Source of the DNA: Octopus sinensis
Taxonomy: Eukaryota
DNA: 64,000 nucleotides
Direction: 5' to 3'
Assembly: GCF_006345805.1 (NCBI RefSeq)
Contig: NC_043021.1
Span: 26,226,001 to 26,290,000 of the forward strand
The notes below the pieces were generated by a model, which was given only the letters and a program-made list of their open reading frames with translations, made no database searches and was not told the DNA's origin. The translations under genes and the position numbers were made by a program. Shown piece by piece: positions 27,866 through 39,166 of the stretch; within the stretch, counting starts at the first letter, position 1; each line of letters starts with the position of its first letter.

Positions 27866-28040
27866 AGCCACTACACACATATTTTTCTCTCCTTGTTTCT
27901 TTCTGTGTCCCTTTCTGTAGAAGAGCATAGGCTCGAAACGTAAAAGACTTTTTCTATTCCTGAGCGTTATACTAATACATCTGTTTGTTTTGTACACCAC
28001 CTGTCTTCGTGTTTTGTTTTTTGTTTTCGTAAACTCTCCG
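27866..28040 (+). mobile_element. Dispersed ~175-bp repeat carrying a hammerhead-like motif (copy 2)
   Basis: Nearly identical to 17620-17791. Contains CTGTAGAA-GAGC-atag-GCTC-GAAACGTA-AAAG. Confidence 0.7.
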
Positions 28041-28280
28041 ATATATATATATATATAAGCATATACAGACACATATATACAAATATAAGCTCATATATGC
28101 AGATACACACACATTTCATTTCCAAGGTTCCAAGGAAGCTATAAGGTGGTGCACAAGCACATGGCTCTGAGTGCATTGCATCTTATGGCAGAAACAGCTG
28201 GAAGCAAATGAAGTTGCTTACTTAATTCCCGTTCCTTAGTCATTCTTTTGATTTCATCATATATATATATATATATATAT

Positions 28281-29597
28281 ATCATCATCATCATCATCGT
28301 CGTTTAACGTCCGTTCTCCATGCTAGCATGGGTTGGACGGTTCGACCGGGGTTCTGGGAAGCCAGAAGGCTGCACCAGGCTCCAGTCTAATTTGGCAGTG
28401 TTTCTACAGCTGGATGCCCTTCCTAACGCCAACCACTCCGTGAGTGTAGTGGGTGCTTTTTACGTGCCACCTGCACAGGTGCCAGGCGGGGCTGGCAACG
28501 GCCACGGTCAGATTGGTGTATTTTATGTGCCACCGGCACGGAAGCCAGTCGAGGCGGTGCTGGCATCGGCCACGAGTCGGATAGTGCTTTTTACGTACCA
28601 CCAGACCAGGGATCCTGGCTGGTTCAATTCGATTTCGATTTCGCTTGCCCCAACATGTCTTCACAAGCAAAGGGGGTTGGCAAGGGTGCCTGTCGTACGG
28701 TCGCATTGGAGTATTTTACGTGCCACGGCCACGAGTCGGATAGTGCTTTTTACGTACCACCAGACCAGGGATCCTGGCTGGTTCAATTCGATTTCGATTC
28801 GCTTGCCCCAACATGTCTTCACAAGCAAAGGGGGTTGGCATGGGTGCCTGTCGTACGGTCGCATTGGAGTATTTTACGTGCCACGGCCACGAGTCGCATA
28901 GTGCTTTTTACGTACCACCAGGCCAGGGATCCTGGCTGGTTCAATTCGGTTTCGATTTCGATTTCGCTTGCCCCAACATGTCTTCGCAAGCATGGGGGGT
29001 TGGCATGGGTGTCTGTCGTCGGATGAGGTTCTATATCGACTTCGCTTGCCTCAACCGGTCTTTGTGTCCAAGGGAGGAAAGGCATTCATAAGTGGGCTGG
29101 GCTCACTTGTCCTGCCTGGTCTTCACACGTACAGAATATTTCCAAAGGTCTCGGTCTCTGGTCATTTCCTCAGTGAGGCCTAAAGTTCGAAGGTCGTGCT
29201 TCACCACCTCGTCCCAGGTTTTCCTGGGTCTACCTCTTCCACGGGTTCCCTCAACTGCTAGGGATTGGCACTTTCTCACACACCTATCTTCATCCATTCT
29301 CGCCACATGACCATACCAGCGCAATCGTCTCTCTTGCACACCACAACTGATGCTTCTTAGGTACAACATTTCTCTCAAGGTGCTAACGCTCTGTCGAGTA
29401 TGTACACTGACATTACACATCCATCGGAGCATACTGGCTTCATTCCTCACGAGCTTACGCATGTCCTCAGCAGTCACAGCCCATGTTTCGCTGCCATGTA
29501 GCATGGCTGTTCGTACACACGCATCATATAGTCTGCCTTTTACTCTGAGCGAGAGGCCTTTAGTCACCAGCAGAGGTAAGAGCTCCCTAAACTTTGC
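28281..29597 (-). mobile_element. 5'-truncated RTE-clade LINE (ORF2 C-terminus + 3' UTR + (TGA)n tail), relatively young
   Basis: ORF 29103-29639 encodes LYDACVRTAMLHGSETW...RRLRWYGHVARM...GRGRPRKTW, a typical RTE ORF2 end, intact to the stop. (ATC)n tail at 28281; CpGs retained. Confidence 0.9.
28568..29020. repeat. ~158-bp tandem repeat, about 2.8 copies, inside the RTE 3' UTR
   Basis: Units starting GGCCACGAGTCG at 28568, 28727 and 28885 are nearly identical. Confidence 0.9.
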
Positions 29598-30162
29598 ATC
29601 ATTGGGTATGGTTGAAAGGAGAGCAACTTTTCCATTCAACTATACCTGGTGATTGTTGAAATTGTCCGTTTTTGACATGAAGGTAATTGGTGACAATATA
29701 AACTGGCTGTCACGAGACTATAATAATAATCCTTTCTACTAAAGGCAAAAATGGCCTGAAATGTTAGGGTGGGTGGGAAAATAGTTGATTACATTGATCC
29801 TAGTACTCAACTGGTACTTATTTCATTGATCCCACAAGGATGAAAGGCAAAGTTGACTTCAGCAGGTCCATTTTTCCATGCCTGCATAGGTCAGGTGAAA
29901 TTTGTGGAAGCAGATTTTCTGCAGTTGGATGCTCTTCCTGCTACCAACCATCATTAAAAATATTAGTTTCCAAGTCAACTAATATTTTCCCCTTGTCTGG
30001 GCATGTTTTCACAGAAGACTGGAAACAAAGGACACTTGCTTACAATTTTCATGTGATGTCACGGCAAGGACACACACACATTACAGGCTTTTATTGTTTG
30101 TGTATGAATCCAATCACAGTCTTTAGTCAACTCAGGGCTATTGTAGAAAATGCTCAAAGGTT

Positions 30163-30199
<37 letters not shown>

Positions 30200-30205
<6 letters not shown>

Positions 30206-30520
30206 AAACATATGCTATATGGGGAACTTGTTGGTAGAAAGCGATCCTGGCAGAAACCAAGGTTGCGATTTAAGGACTGTGTCGAGTCATCATTAAAGGC
30301 CTGTGATATGCAGGAAGCTGACTGGTAAAGGAAGCAGGTTAAGGATGGCGTTGACACCTTTGAGTGAGAGCACTTATTCTGCATGAAGAATTTAAGCGTG
30401 CTGCTCGAAAGCGCACTGCTGGTGTAGTGAATGGGGACAGCTGGGTTTACAATGTTTGCAGTCGTGTATGCTTGTTGGGAGCAGGGGTCATTAGCCACCG
30501 ACGGAGCTGCAAATGCAAAA
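30200..30520 (+). mobile_element. RTE-like LINE C-terminal fragment (third family)
   Basis: PKHMLYGELVGRKRSWQKPRLRFKDCVESSLKAC, typical of RTE ORF2 ends. Confidence 0.65.
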
Positions 30521-31497
30521 TATAAGTTAGTCCTAGAGCAAACAATGTTCCCAAAGGTCAGCAATGGTCTTCCTTGATCATAAGTGGACGGCCATCATCA
30601 TATATATATATATATATATATCAATCATCATCATCTTCTAACATCCATCTTCCATGCTGATTGGATAACTTGACATGATCCAACAGATCTGAGGGCTGCC
30701 TTGTGCTCCAGTGTCTACTTTGGTATGGTTTCTATGGCTAAATGCCCTTCCTGATGACAACCACTTAGACAAGTATACTGGGTACTTTCCCACATGACAC
30801 CAGCACTAGTGACCTCACCATGCGGCTTGCAAGATAACACTCCATTTTGATTGCGTGTAAGCAGAAGAATGGGATGTGGGTGGGTAGAAGCTGCAAAACT
30901 TTTGGGGCCATAGGTGAGGGGGTCAGTGTAATGAATGAAGAACAAGTGTTGATGTATGATATACATTGGGGGAGGGGAGCAGGGGATGACTGCAGAAATT
31001 AGGTATGGTTCAAGGGTGGATTAGAGGTGGGGGTGGTCAGTGATACATATGGGTTGGAAGATTGGGGTGTAGGAGATGACTGGCAGTACCAAAAGGGATG
31101 AAGAGCAACAGAGTTGTAATAATGGTGCAGTAAATAGGGGAAGGCTAAAAGGAGGAGGGGTGTGTTAGGGGAACGGGACATGGAGTGCATGGTATAGGTG
31201 AGTGATGTGTGGTGGTGGTGGAGAGGGAGAGATAATTTGGTTGCACAGGAAAGGTGATCAGAAGACGAGTATTAAGACTGAAGGATGAATATGAAGGGAA
31301 ATGGTTCCAAGTCGTGTGAAAGGTAAGTGGTAACATGGAGAAGCTTTTGAAACATGCAATTCTGTTCACCTTTAATTATGGCAGCAGAATATTGCAGTTA
31401 ATCAGATAACAGAGGAATCAGTGGCAGACATAAGGCTTGGTGGAGATGGCTTGACAAGGAAATTGCAGAAGAGGTCCAGTTGTGCATCCATACATAC

Positions 31498-31528
<31 letters not shown>

Positions 31529-31732
31529 CTGTAATCCCTCACCATATCGCAGTTTATTGTTAAAGCTTACGTCGATTCCTTGGTGATGCTGTTTTGCATT
31601 TATAATAAAATAAATATAAACAAATTATAAAAATAATTTTAAAAAATATACAGTACTGTTTTTACTTTGCGAATTTTCACCTGTCGTAGGGTGTTTTGGA
31701 ATGTAACACCCACAATAGTTGAGAGATTACTG
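31529..31732. mobile_element. Tc1/mariner (Tigger/pogo-like) MITE
   Basis: CTGTAATCCCTC ... GAGAGATTACTG imperfect TIRs, inserted at a (TA)n run. Confidence 0.55.
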
Positions 31733-31809
31733 CACATACGTATATGTGTGTATACAGACATTGTGCTTCCTGAATTTGAGTTTCTCCAAGAGGGTGAAAC
31801 TTCTTGAGT

Positions 31810-32950
31810 ATCACATGTTGCCAATTATCCCAGCCCTTTCTCATCTGTGAGGTTCAAGGTCCTCAGATTAGCCTTCACGATATATGCATACAATTCAATG
31901 GGAAATGGATAGTAGATGATGGTGTGTGTGTGTATATATATATATACACACACGTGCACATATATATATATACATACATGTATGTGTGTGTATTTGGCTG
32001 TATAGTTATTATGATATACATAATTTATTTTGGTTCATCTAGTTCTCTATTAATGTACCACATGTCCAGTTTGTTCTGTCAGTTGAATTTCCCAGATGTT
32101 ATGGGAAGTCTCCAGTGTTACATCCAACAATATAATATATTTGTGGTATTCCATTCATCTGCTACTCTGGGGTTTTCTGACATTAAGCCAGTATGAGGTT
32201 TATGTATAGTAAATGACATTAGCTGAAGATGCAACCCTGTGGAATTAAACCTAAATCATTAACAAGTTTACTCAACAATGACAAACATTCTTGTTTGGTC
32301 CTAAAGCGGGCACCTTGGCCATGCTTCTGTATCATCGTAGCCGACGAATCCAAGCATTTTGAGTGATATCAAGATGATGGGGAGTGGGTGCAACTCTATT
32401 GGTTGTGTTATATCTATTAAGTGGAAACTCACTCTGGGGCATGCAAACAGCAGGAGAAATCTTTAGAGGAAGAGCGACCATGAAGCAAGTGTTTTGGCCT
32501 GGTGACTCTTGGGACTCTAAGAGTGTTGGGCCCAACCAGGTCATGACTCTTAGGTGTCTTCCTACAGTTTCTGGAATGCCTTGTCACATGAACTTTGTTT
32601 CACAGATTCTTCCTAAGTGTTGAATGCTCATCCACTTACTAATTAAGTTGATATTCATTACCTCCAGCATTGGGGATCCACTGACTTGTATGTTGGCGTA
32701 TGTGTTAATATTCATACTGTCCACTTGAGAAACTCTGTAGAGACACATGGATTGACTAAATTACTACAAGCTGAGCAAGCAGAAGCAGCAGCAGACACCA
32801 CACAAAGCAAACGATATGTAAAGATCTATGGCCTGACCACACAGCTGGGCCAGGCCAAAAGGATTAACTCAAGTTGATCCACATCAGGTGCACTTACAAC
32901 ACTATCAACCCCTCAAAGGGACACGTTTTCCTCTGCACACAATAATATAG
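31810..32950 (-). mobile_element. Degraded non-LTR reverse transcriptase fragment
   Basis: The minus strand carries an IPQGC (RT PQG motif) remnant near 32232 plus other RT-like remnants. Interrupted by (TA)n at about 31920-32000. Confidence 0.5.
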
Positions 32951-34324
32951 GTGATGGATACTTGTTGATGAGGAACAAAGCTACATGTGTGTCTGCGTTA
33001 ATAAGCAACACCTGAGCAATGATATGATCTAAGATAATCTATAATTAGAGGGAAATATGGCTTGCAACAGCATCTCACTATCTTATATACGGCCATACAT
33101 GAAAATCAAAAACAGAGTTGCCTTCACTACAGTTTTGGGGGCAGGAATACTGGTCACTCAGAGTGGTGTAGTCATTTATTCATTTATGTATCATCCATCG
33201 TTTCAACATCGACTTTTCCCTGTATGATCAGGTAAGAGTATGTTGGGGGTCAGTTTTCTGTAGCCAGATGCCCTTCCTGTTGTCAACTCCATTTGTTCCA
33301 AAACAGGATGTAATCTCTCAAACACAGTTTATGCAGTGGCTTACAAGCAAATGATAGCATCAGTTGGGTCATTGGTTACATTCTGTGAAAACATAATCAT
33401 GATGACGGAAATTCAGGCTCACACACACAAACATCATCATCATCGTTTTAATGTCCCTTGCTTGCATGGATTGGACAGAGTTTATTGAGGCAGATTTCCC
33501 ACAACTGGTTGGCCTCTGTAACATCATTTAATGTCCATGTTCCATGATGGCGGCAGTCTGACAGGATCTAACAAGTGAAATGACATGCTTTGGCCCTGGC
33601 TTCTATGTCCAGATGACCATTTTTCAGAGTTTACGGGATGCTTTTTCCGTGGTATCAACACTAGTCAGCAAGTAATTTGCAAAACAAGACCCCACCCCTC
33701 AACTGAGTGGTGTATTGAGTATTGTGTTCCCTCTTGGCGAAAGCACTTCCTGATAGCCTGGATCACGTCCCAACAACTGGCCCTTCTTTTGAGGACTAAA
33801 AGGATCCTACTTACCCCTGTAGCTATTGTTACTCTGCAAAGGTCACTCGAGGCCCTTACTGGAGTATTGCTCTGATACCTAGAGTGGTGCAGCTGTTGCT
33901 CACATGGACATTGACACTGTATCCAGAAAAGAGCCACTTGACTGGTTGGCAAAAAATCACTGACAGACATCTTATCTGGTTCACCGCTGTGCTCTCTCCT
34001 CTCCCTACCTTGTCTACCTCTACTGTAATGGCCACTATATCCTCAGACATGGCTGAGTTCATGTCCACATGTCCACTCAAGCATTCCCATTCTATTTGTT
34101 TCTCTCCTCCTCAAGCCCTGCACTAATTACTTCACCCAATTCTTTTCTACCAAGAATGTCAGCCGCCTCCCTCCCCCTGATTCCTTTCCTTGCATCAATC
34201 TCTTAGAGAGCCTGTAAATGCCATGGGTACTGCTCCTTTCCCCAGACCCAGTGGAAATTGTTCAAGGAGCACTTATCTCTGTTGGTAACAGTGAGTTTCT
34301 TTCTCTCTCTCAGTGAAAGACAGA

Positions 34325-34600
34325 TTGTACAATGTTTGTGTACAATGTGATGCTACATGGAAGTAAAATGTGAGCCTTGATTGTGGAGGATTTACAAATG
34401 TTGCAAAGAAATGAAGTCATGTGCCTCACTAGATGAGTGACAAACCACGAATGAGATGAAAGGAAATTGAATGTAAAAGGTGTCAGATGTAGTATGCAGT
34501 AGAGAAGATTACTGATGTGTTAAGAAATTGGAAGGAACTTGTGGAAGATGTCGTCCGAGGAAGATATTAAACAAAGTGGTAAAGACTGATCCCAAGAGGG
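34325..34600 (+). mobile_element. Degraded RTE fragment
   Basis: gtgatgctacatggaagt (MLHGS) and downstream similarity to the 29103 ORF. Confidence 0.5.
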
Positions 34601-35429
34601 TGAACCTGACAATAAAAATAGCAAAGGACCATAACTTTGGGTGAAGCACTCTGTTTCAGGCACCCCTCAAACCCATGGGAAAACAGGTTTTCTAATATTT
34701 AAAATTATTTCAGGCTTTCTCATTAACACAGTGTTGTGCATAAGATACAATTGTGTAGTTACTGATGAGCCGCCTAAAGCATAAAATCATCTCATTGTCA
34801 TTTAACGTCCGTTTTCCTTGTTGGCATGGGTTTGATGGTTTGACTGGTAAGCTTGGGAGGTTTCTACAGTCGGATGCCTTTCCTAATGCCAACCACTCCG
34901 AGTGCAGTGGGTGCTTTTTATTTGCAATTGGCATGGGTGCCAGTTATGAAACACCAGCATCAGCCATGACTACGATCTCACTTGGCTTGACAGGTCTTCG
35001 GAAGCGCAGTATATTGCCAAAGGTCTTGGTCACTTGTCACTGCCTCCACGAGGCCCAAAGTTGGAGGCGTACTTTGTGTGTGTCACCAGCACGGGTGCTA
35101 GGTATGCTACCCTGGCATTGGTCTACACTACAATTTCACTTGGCTTGATGACTTTTCTCAAGCACAGCATATCACCCAACATTCAAGGGTGCTTTTTACA
35201 TGCCAGTCACTGCAGTAATAGCTTAATCCATGACTGCTTTGTATAATAGCGGAATATTAAATGCGTTGGATTAGGAAAGGAAATTGGAAACCTCTTATCT
35301 AAGGAGTGGTTATAAGCTGTGAAACAGAAAATTGAAAGCATAGAAAGAATGTTTTTTACAATCTTATTTCTTTATCACGGCAAAAGCTTTCTAAAATATA
35401 AATACGTGTGTTTGTGCTTATAGGTTTAT

Positions 35430-35462
<33 letters not shown>

Positions 35463-35503
35463 GAGAAAGACGTACTTGTCTAAATGTGTGTGTTTGTGTA
35501 TGC

Positions 35504-35845
35504 ATCTCACCTCAAATATGACAAGCCATCAAACCCCTGCTAGCATGGAAAACAGATATAAAATAACAATAGGGATTCATCATCATTGTTTAACGTCCGC
35601 TTTCCATGGGGTCTGAGAAGCCAGGAGGCTGCACCAGGCCCAGTCTGATCTCCAGCTGTAGAAACACTGCCAGATCAGACTGGGCCTGGTGCAACCTCCT
35701 GGCTTCCCAGACCCCAGTCGAACCGTCCAACCCATGCTAGCGAGGAAAGCGGACGCTAAATGATGATGATGAATCCCTATTGTTATTTTACATCTGCTTT
35801 CCATGCTAGCATGGGTTTGATGACTTGTCATATTTGAGGTGAGAT
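35504..35845. repeat. ~342-bp inverted duplication of a SINE tail plus flank
   Basis: ATCTCACCTCAAATATGACAAG... pairs with ...CTTGTCATATTTGAGGTGAGAT. The inner arms are gatcagactgggcctggtgca and its complement. Confidence 0.85.
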
Positions 35846-36239
35846 CTTATTTGTATTGGCAGCCTTCCTCTTTGGTCTTATTCTCATGTCATATGTTGTG
35901 AGTCATCAAGCTGCGTTGTGCCTCTTGAGACCTTTGCTACCAGTTTTAAAATCTGGTTTGCTATGCCTGCAATGGTGGATGCATCACCAGTTGATGTAGT
36001 CCTTTATCATTTCCTCTCTGAAATGCCACAACTGTAGCTTCAGATCTGCTCCAAGTCTTCCTTGGTCTCCCTCTTCTGCTGGTTCCCTGGTTCTGTTCAT
36101 TTTCAGCACAATGAACTTCATTATGCAATTGTCTCCTTCAGTCCTCTTCACATACACATATCAATGCATCACTAAATCTGATTCCTTTTCTGTTCAGTTT
36201 TTGTCTTACACAAATATTTCTACTCGGGCTTGCATCCAC

Positions 36240-36712
36240 TGAGAGGAATGAAGCTAGCATTCTCCGTTGGATGTGCAATGTCAGTGTGCATGAGTGACAG
36301 AGCACTGGTGCATTGAGAGAAAAGGTTGGGCATAAGAGGAATTAGATGATGCTGTGTGCAAGAGAGGAGACTGCACTGGTTTGGCCATGCAGTGCATATA
36401 GAATGTAGGTGGATGGAACTTGTGGAAGAAGGAGACCCAGGAAGATATGGGTTGAAGGAGATGACAAAGGACCAATATATGTGACGCCTTACTGTATTCA
36501 AGACTTGTCCACCACAGCAGAATTGGTACTGGGGTTGGTGCCACATAAAAAGCACCCAGTACACTTTGTGGAATGGTTGGCGATAGGAAGGGCATCCAGC
36601 TATAGAAACCATGCTAGACCAGACAATGGAGCCTGATGTGACCCCCTGGTCTTAGCAGCTCCTGTCAAACCGTCCAACCCTTGCCAGCTTGGAAAACGGA
36701 CGTTAAATGATG
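36240..36712 (+). mobile_element. Degraded RTE 3' fragment with the shared SINE/LINE 3' tail
   Basis: gaatgaagctagcattctccgttggatgtgcaatgtcagtgtg (EASILRWMCNVSV), followed by the tail ending ggaaaacggacgttaaatgatga. Confidence 0.65.
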
Positions 36713-36788
36713 ACATATACACACACACATATATATATGCATACATTTACACACACACATATTTACTCATATATGCATACATACATAC

Positions 36789-36828
<40 letters not shown>

Positions 36829-37309
36829 ATCGTTTGCTGTCTCTGAAGTATTTAGGCTGTTCTTAAAGAATGGATGTCTTCGTGAAGACCCAAGCACAGT
36901 TCCAGTGATCCTATAACGTAAAACGCTCCGTAAAACCGACATGAAAACTTGAAAAAAGATATTAAATATGGCTCGTTTTAGTTTCTGTTGGTTTTTCTTG
37001 TAGTGACTAATTCGTTTGTGCGTGTGCGTACGCTTCGATTTCTGATGAGTGGAGGTCTAGAGGATAACATTTTTATAGTTATTGAATAAAGACTGTATGT
37101 TTGTTTATGGAGTTTCTAATAATTGGTAGAAAATATAAATTTATGGAATACGTATTTCCTTGTCTTCTCACTGGATTTTATAGAGGACAATCAAGGAATG
37201 AAAGAACGGGAAGATTTTTAGAAGCTTCTAAAAGTAAATATAGTTTTACATACAGACTTCACATTATTATAGGCATCTGTTCCCCCCTCTCTTTCTCTCT
37301 CTCTCTCTC

Positions 37310-37367
<58 letters not shown>

Positions 37368-37569
37368 TATATATATATATAATATATATATATATAAAAT
37401 AAATATAAGAGAGTGGTCACTATATTGCTCACTCTAGCACCAGTTAATCCAAAAGGTTTCAACCACGAAAATACATGTTTACCATGAAAGTCAGTACGAC
37501 TGTTAGCTCACACAAATATACTATTAAATATACTATTAAATTAGTATCTAATTCTCTCACCCTTATTAA

Positions 37570-37605
<36 letters not shown>

Positions 37606-38461
37606 TTTAACGTCCATCTTCCAAGCCGGTATGGGTTGAGCTTATTCTCTAAATATATATGTGTACGTTACATAAGTGTATATATTATTATTATTATTAA
37701 TAATAATAATAATAATCAGCAGAAATTAGAGTGACTCAAGGGTCGAGAGTTTCGTCTATTGACACGTACATACATACAAAAGGCCATGTATATGTGCATG
37801 TATGTATAATATATCAGTTTACGATGATAGTTATTATAGTGGTGGATGTTAAGACACGATGACTTATTTTGACTCACTTTTCCGATAACATTTCGTAACA
37901 ACAACAGTAGTAGTAGTAGTAGTAGTAGATGGTGATGATGATGATGATGGTGATGGTGGCGGAGAGAGTGGATGCGATTAATGTTTGATATTAAAGGAAG
38001 GTGAATTCGATGATTTCGTCCTCCCAATTCGTTGCTGAATTTTGCGTAAAGTTGGAGAAACTTGTTCGGCGACGCATGCATCGTTCAACCTCGTCGATCG
38101 TCGATTCTGTTATCAATGGAACACTTGGGAAACATTTTATTCAATGGCAGGATAGAAAGTTTACACATGATATCAAACTTTTTTTTTTCTCCATCATGGC
38201 AGCAGCAGTTGTTGTTGTAGTAGTAGTAGTAGTAGTAGGAGTAGTAATAGAGAGCGTAGCAGTAGCAGTACTTGTAATAGTTGTTGTGCTAGTAGTAGTA
38301 GTAGTAATAATAATAGTGCAGCTTAATGCAATCGAAATATGTCAGTTACTGTTGCAACGTCTTGCAAGGGCCAAATGACTGATATCAAAGCAATTAATTT
38401 GATTCATTTAAAGTCTCGTCTCTGTAAACCTTTATCCGCTTTCCAACATTTAATTATGGAC

Positions 38462-38526
<65 letters not shown>

Positions 38527-38961
38527 GGGGTTAATGACGTTTAATTGTATGATAACAGTGAAATAGAATAACTACTTTTCTATTGAATTTGTTTTTATTG
38601 GTGCATGTGTCCTCTTTAAGCTTTTACCTGGAAAACCGATTAAAAATGAAAATAAGTTTTTAAAAAATAAAAACAAAATCAGTTTTATTTATATACACGC
38701 TTTATATATTGTATATATAAGAACCGGAATGGTTGAAAAAAGATTTTTTTTCGTAACTAAATTGCAGCTCTTTGCGTTGTATATGTGAATGTGTGTGTGT
38801 GTGTGTGTATATATTAATATTTAGAAGAAGCAGCAGCGTGACTCAAGGTCCGAGAGTTTCGTGCGCACCTTGAGTCACTCTTCTGTTAGATATTAATAAA
38901 AATATACATATACTCATATTTCAAGTTCTCTTTTTTTTTCATATTTTCATCAACATACCTT

Positions 38962-39013
<52 letters not shown>

Positions 39014-39133
39014 CCTTCCACGCTGCAGTTATATATACACACACACACTTACGTAGTTTACTAAACAGCGATAGTATATACTTTTTAATGCACTCTAAAT
39101 AATAAGCAGATGCAGCAGTTAGAGTTCCATGTG

Positions 39134-39166
<33 letters not shown>

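Noticed and set aside
28568-29020. Tandem array considered as CRISPR-like
   Set aside because: Head-to-tail 158-bp units with no unique spacers, in eukaryotic LINE context.
37040-37060. CTGATGAG core after ACGCTTCGATTT
   Set aside because: No downstream GAAA or stem III. At most half of a motif.
38001-38378. 125-aa ORF (MNSMISS...)
   Set aside because: The second half is (GTA)n microsatellite, with no recognisable domain or splice link.
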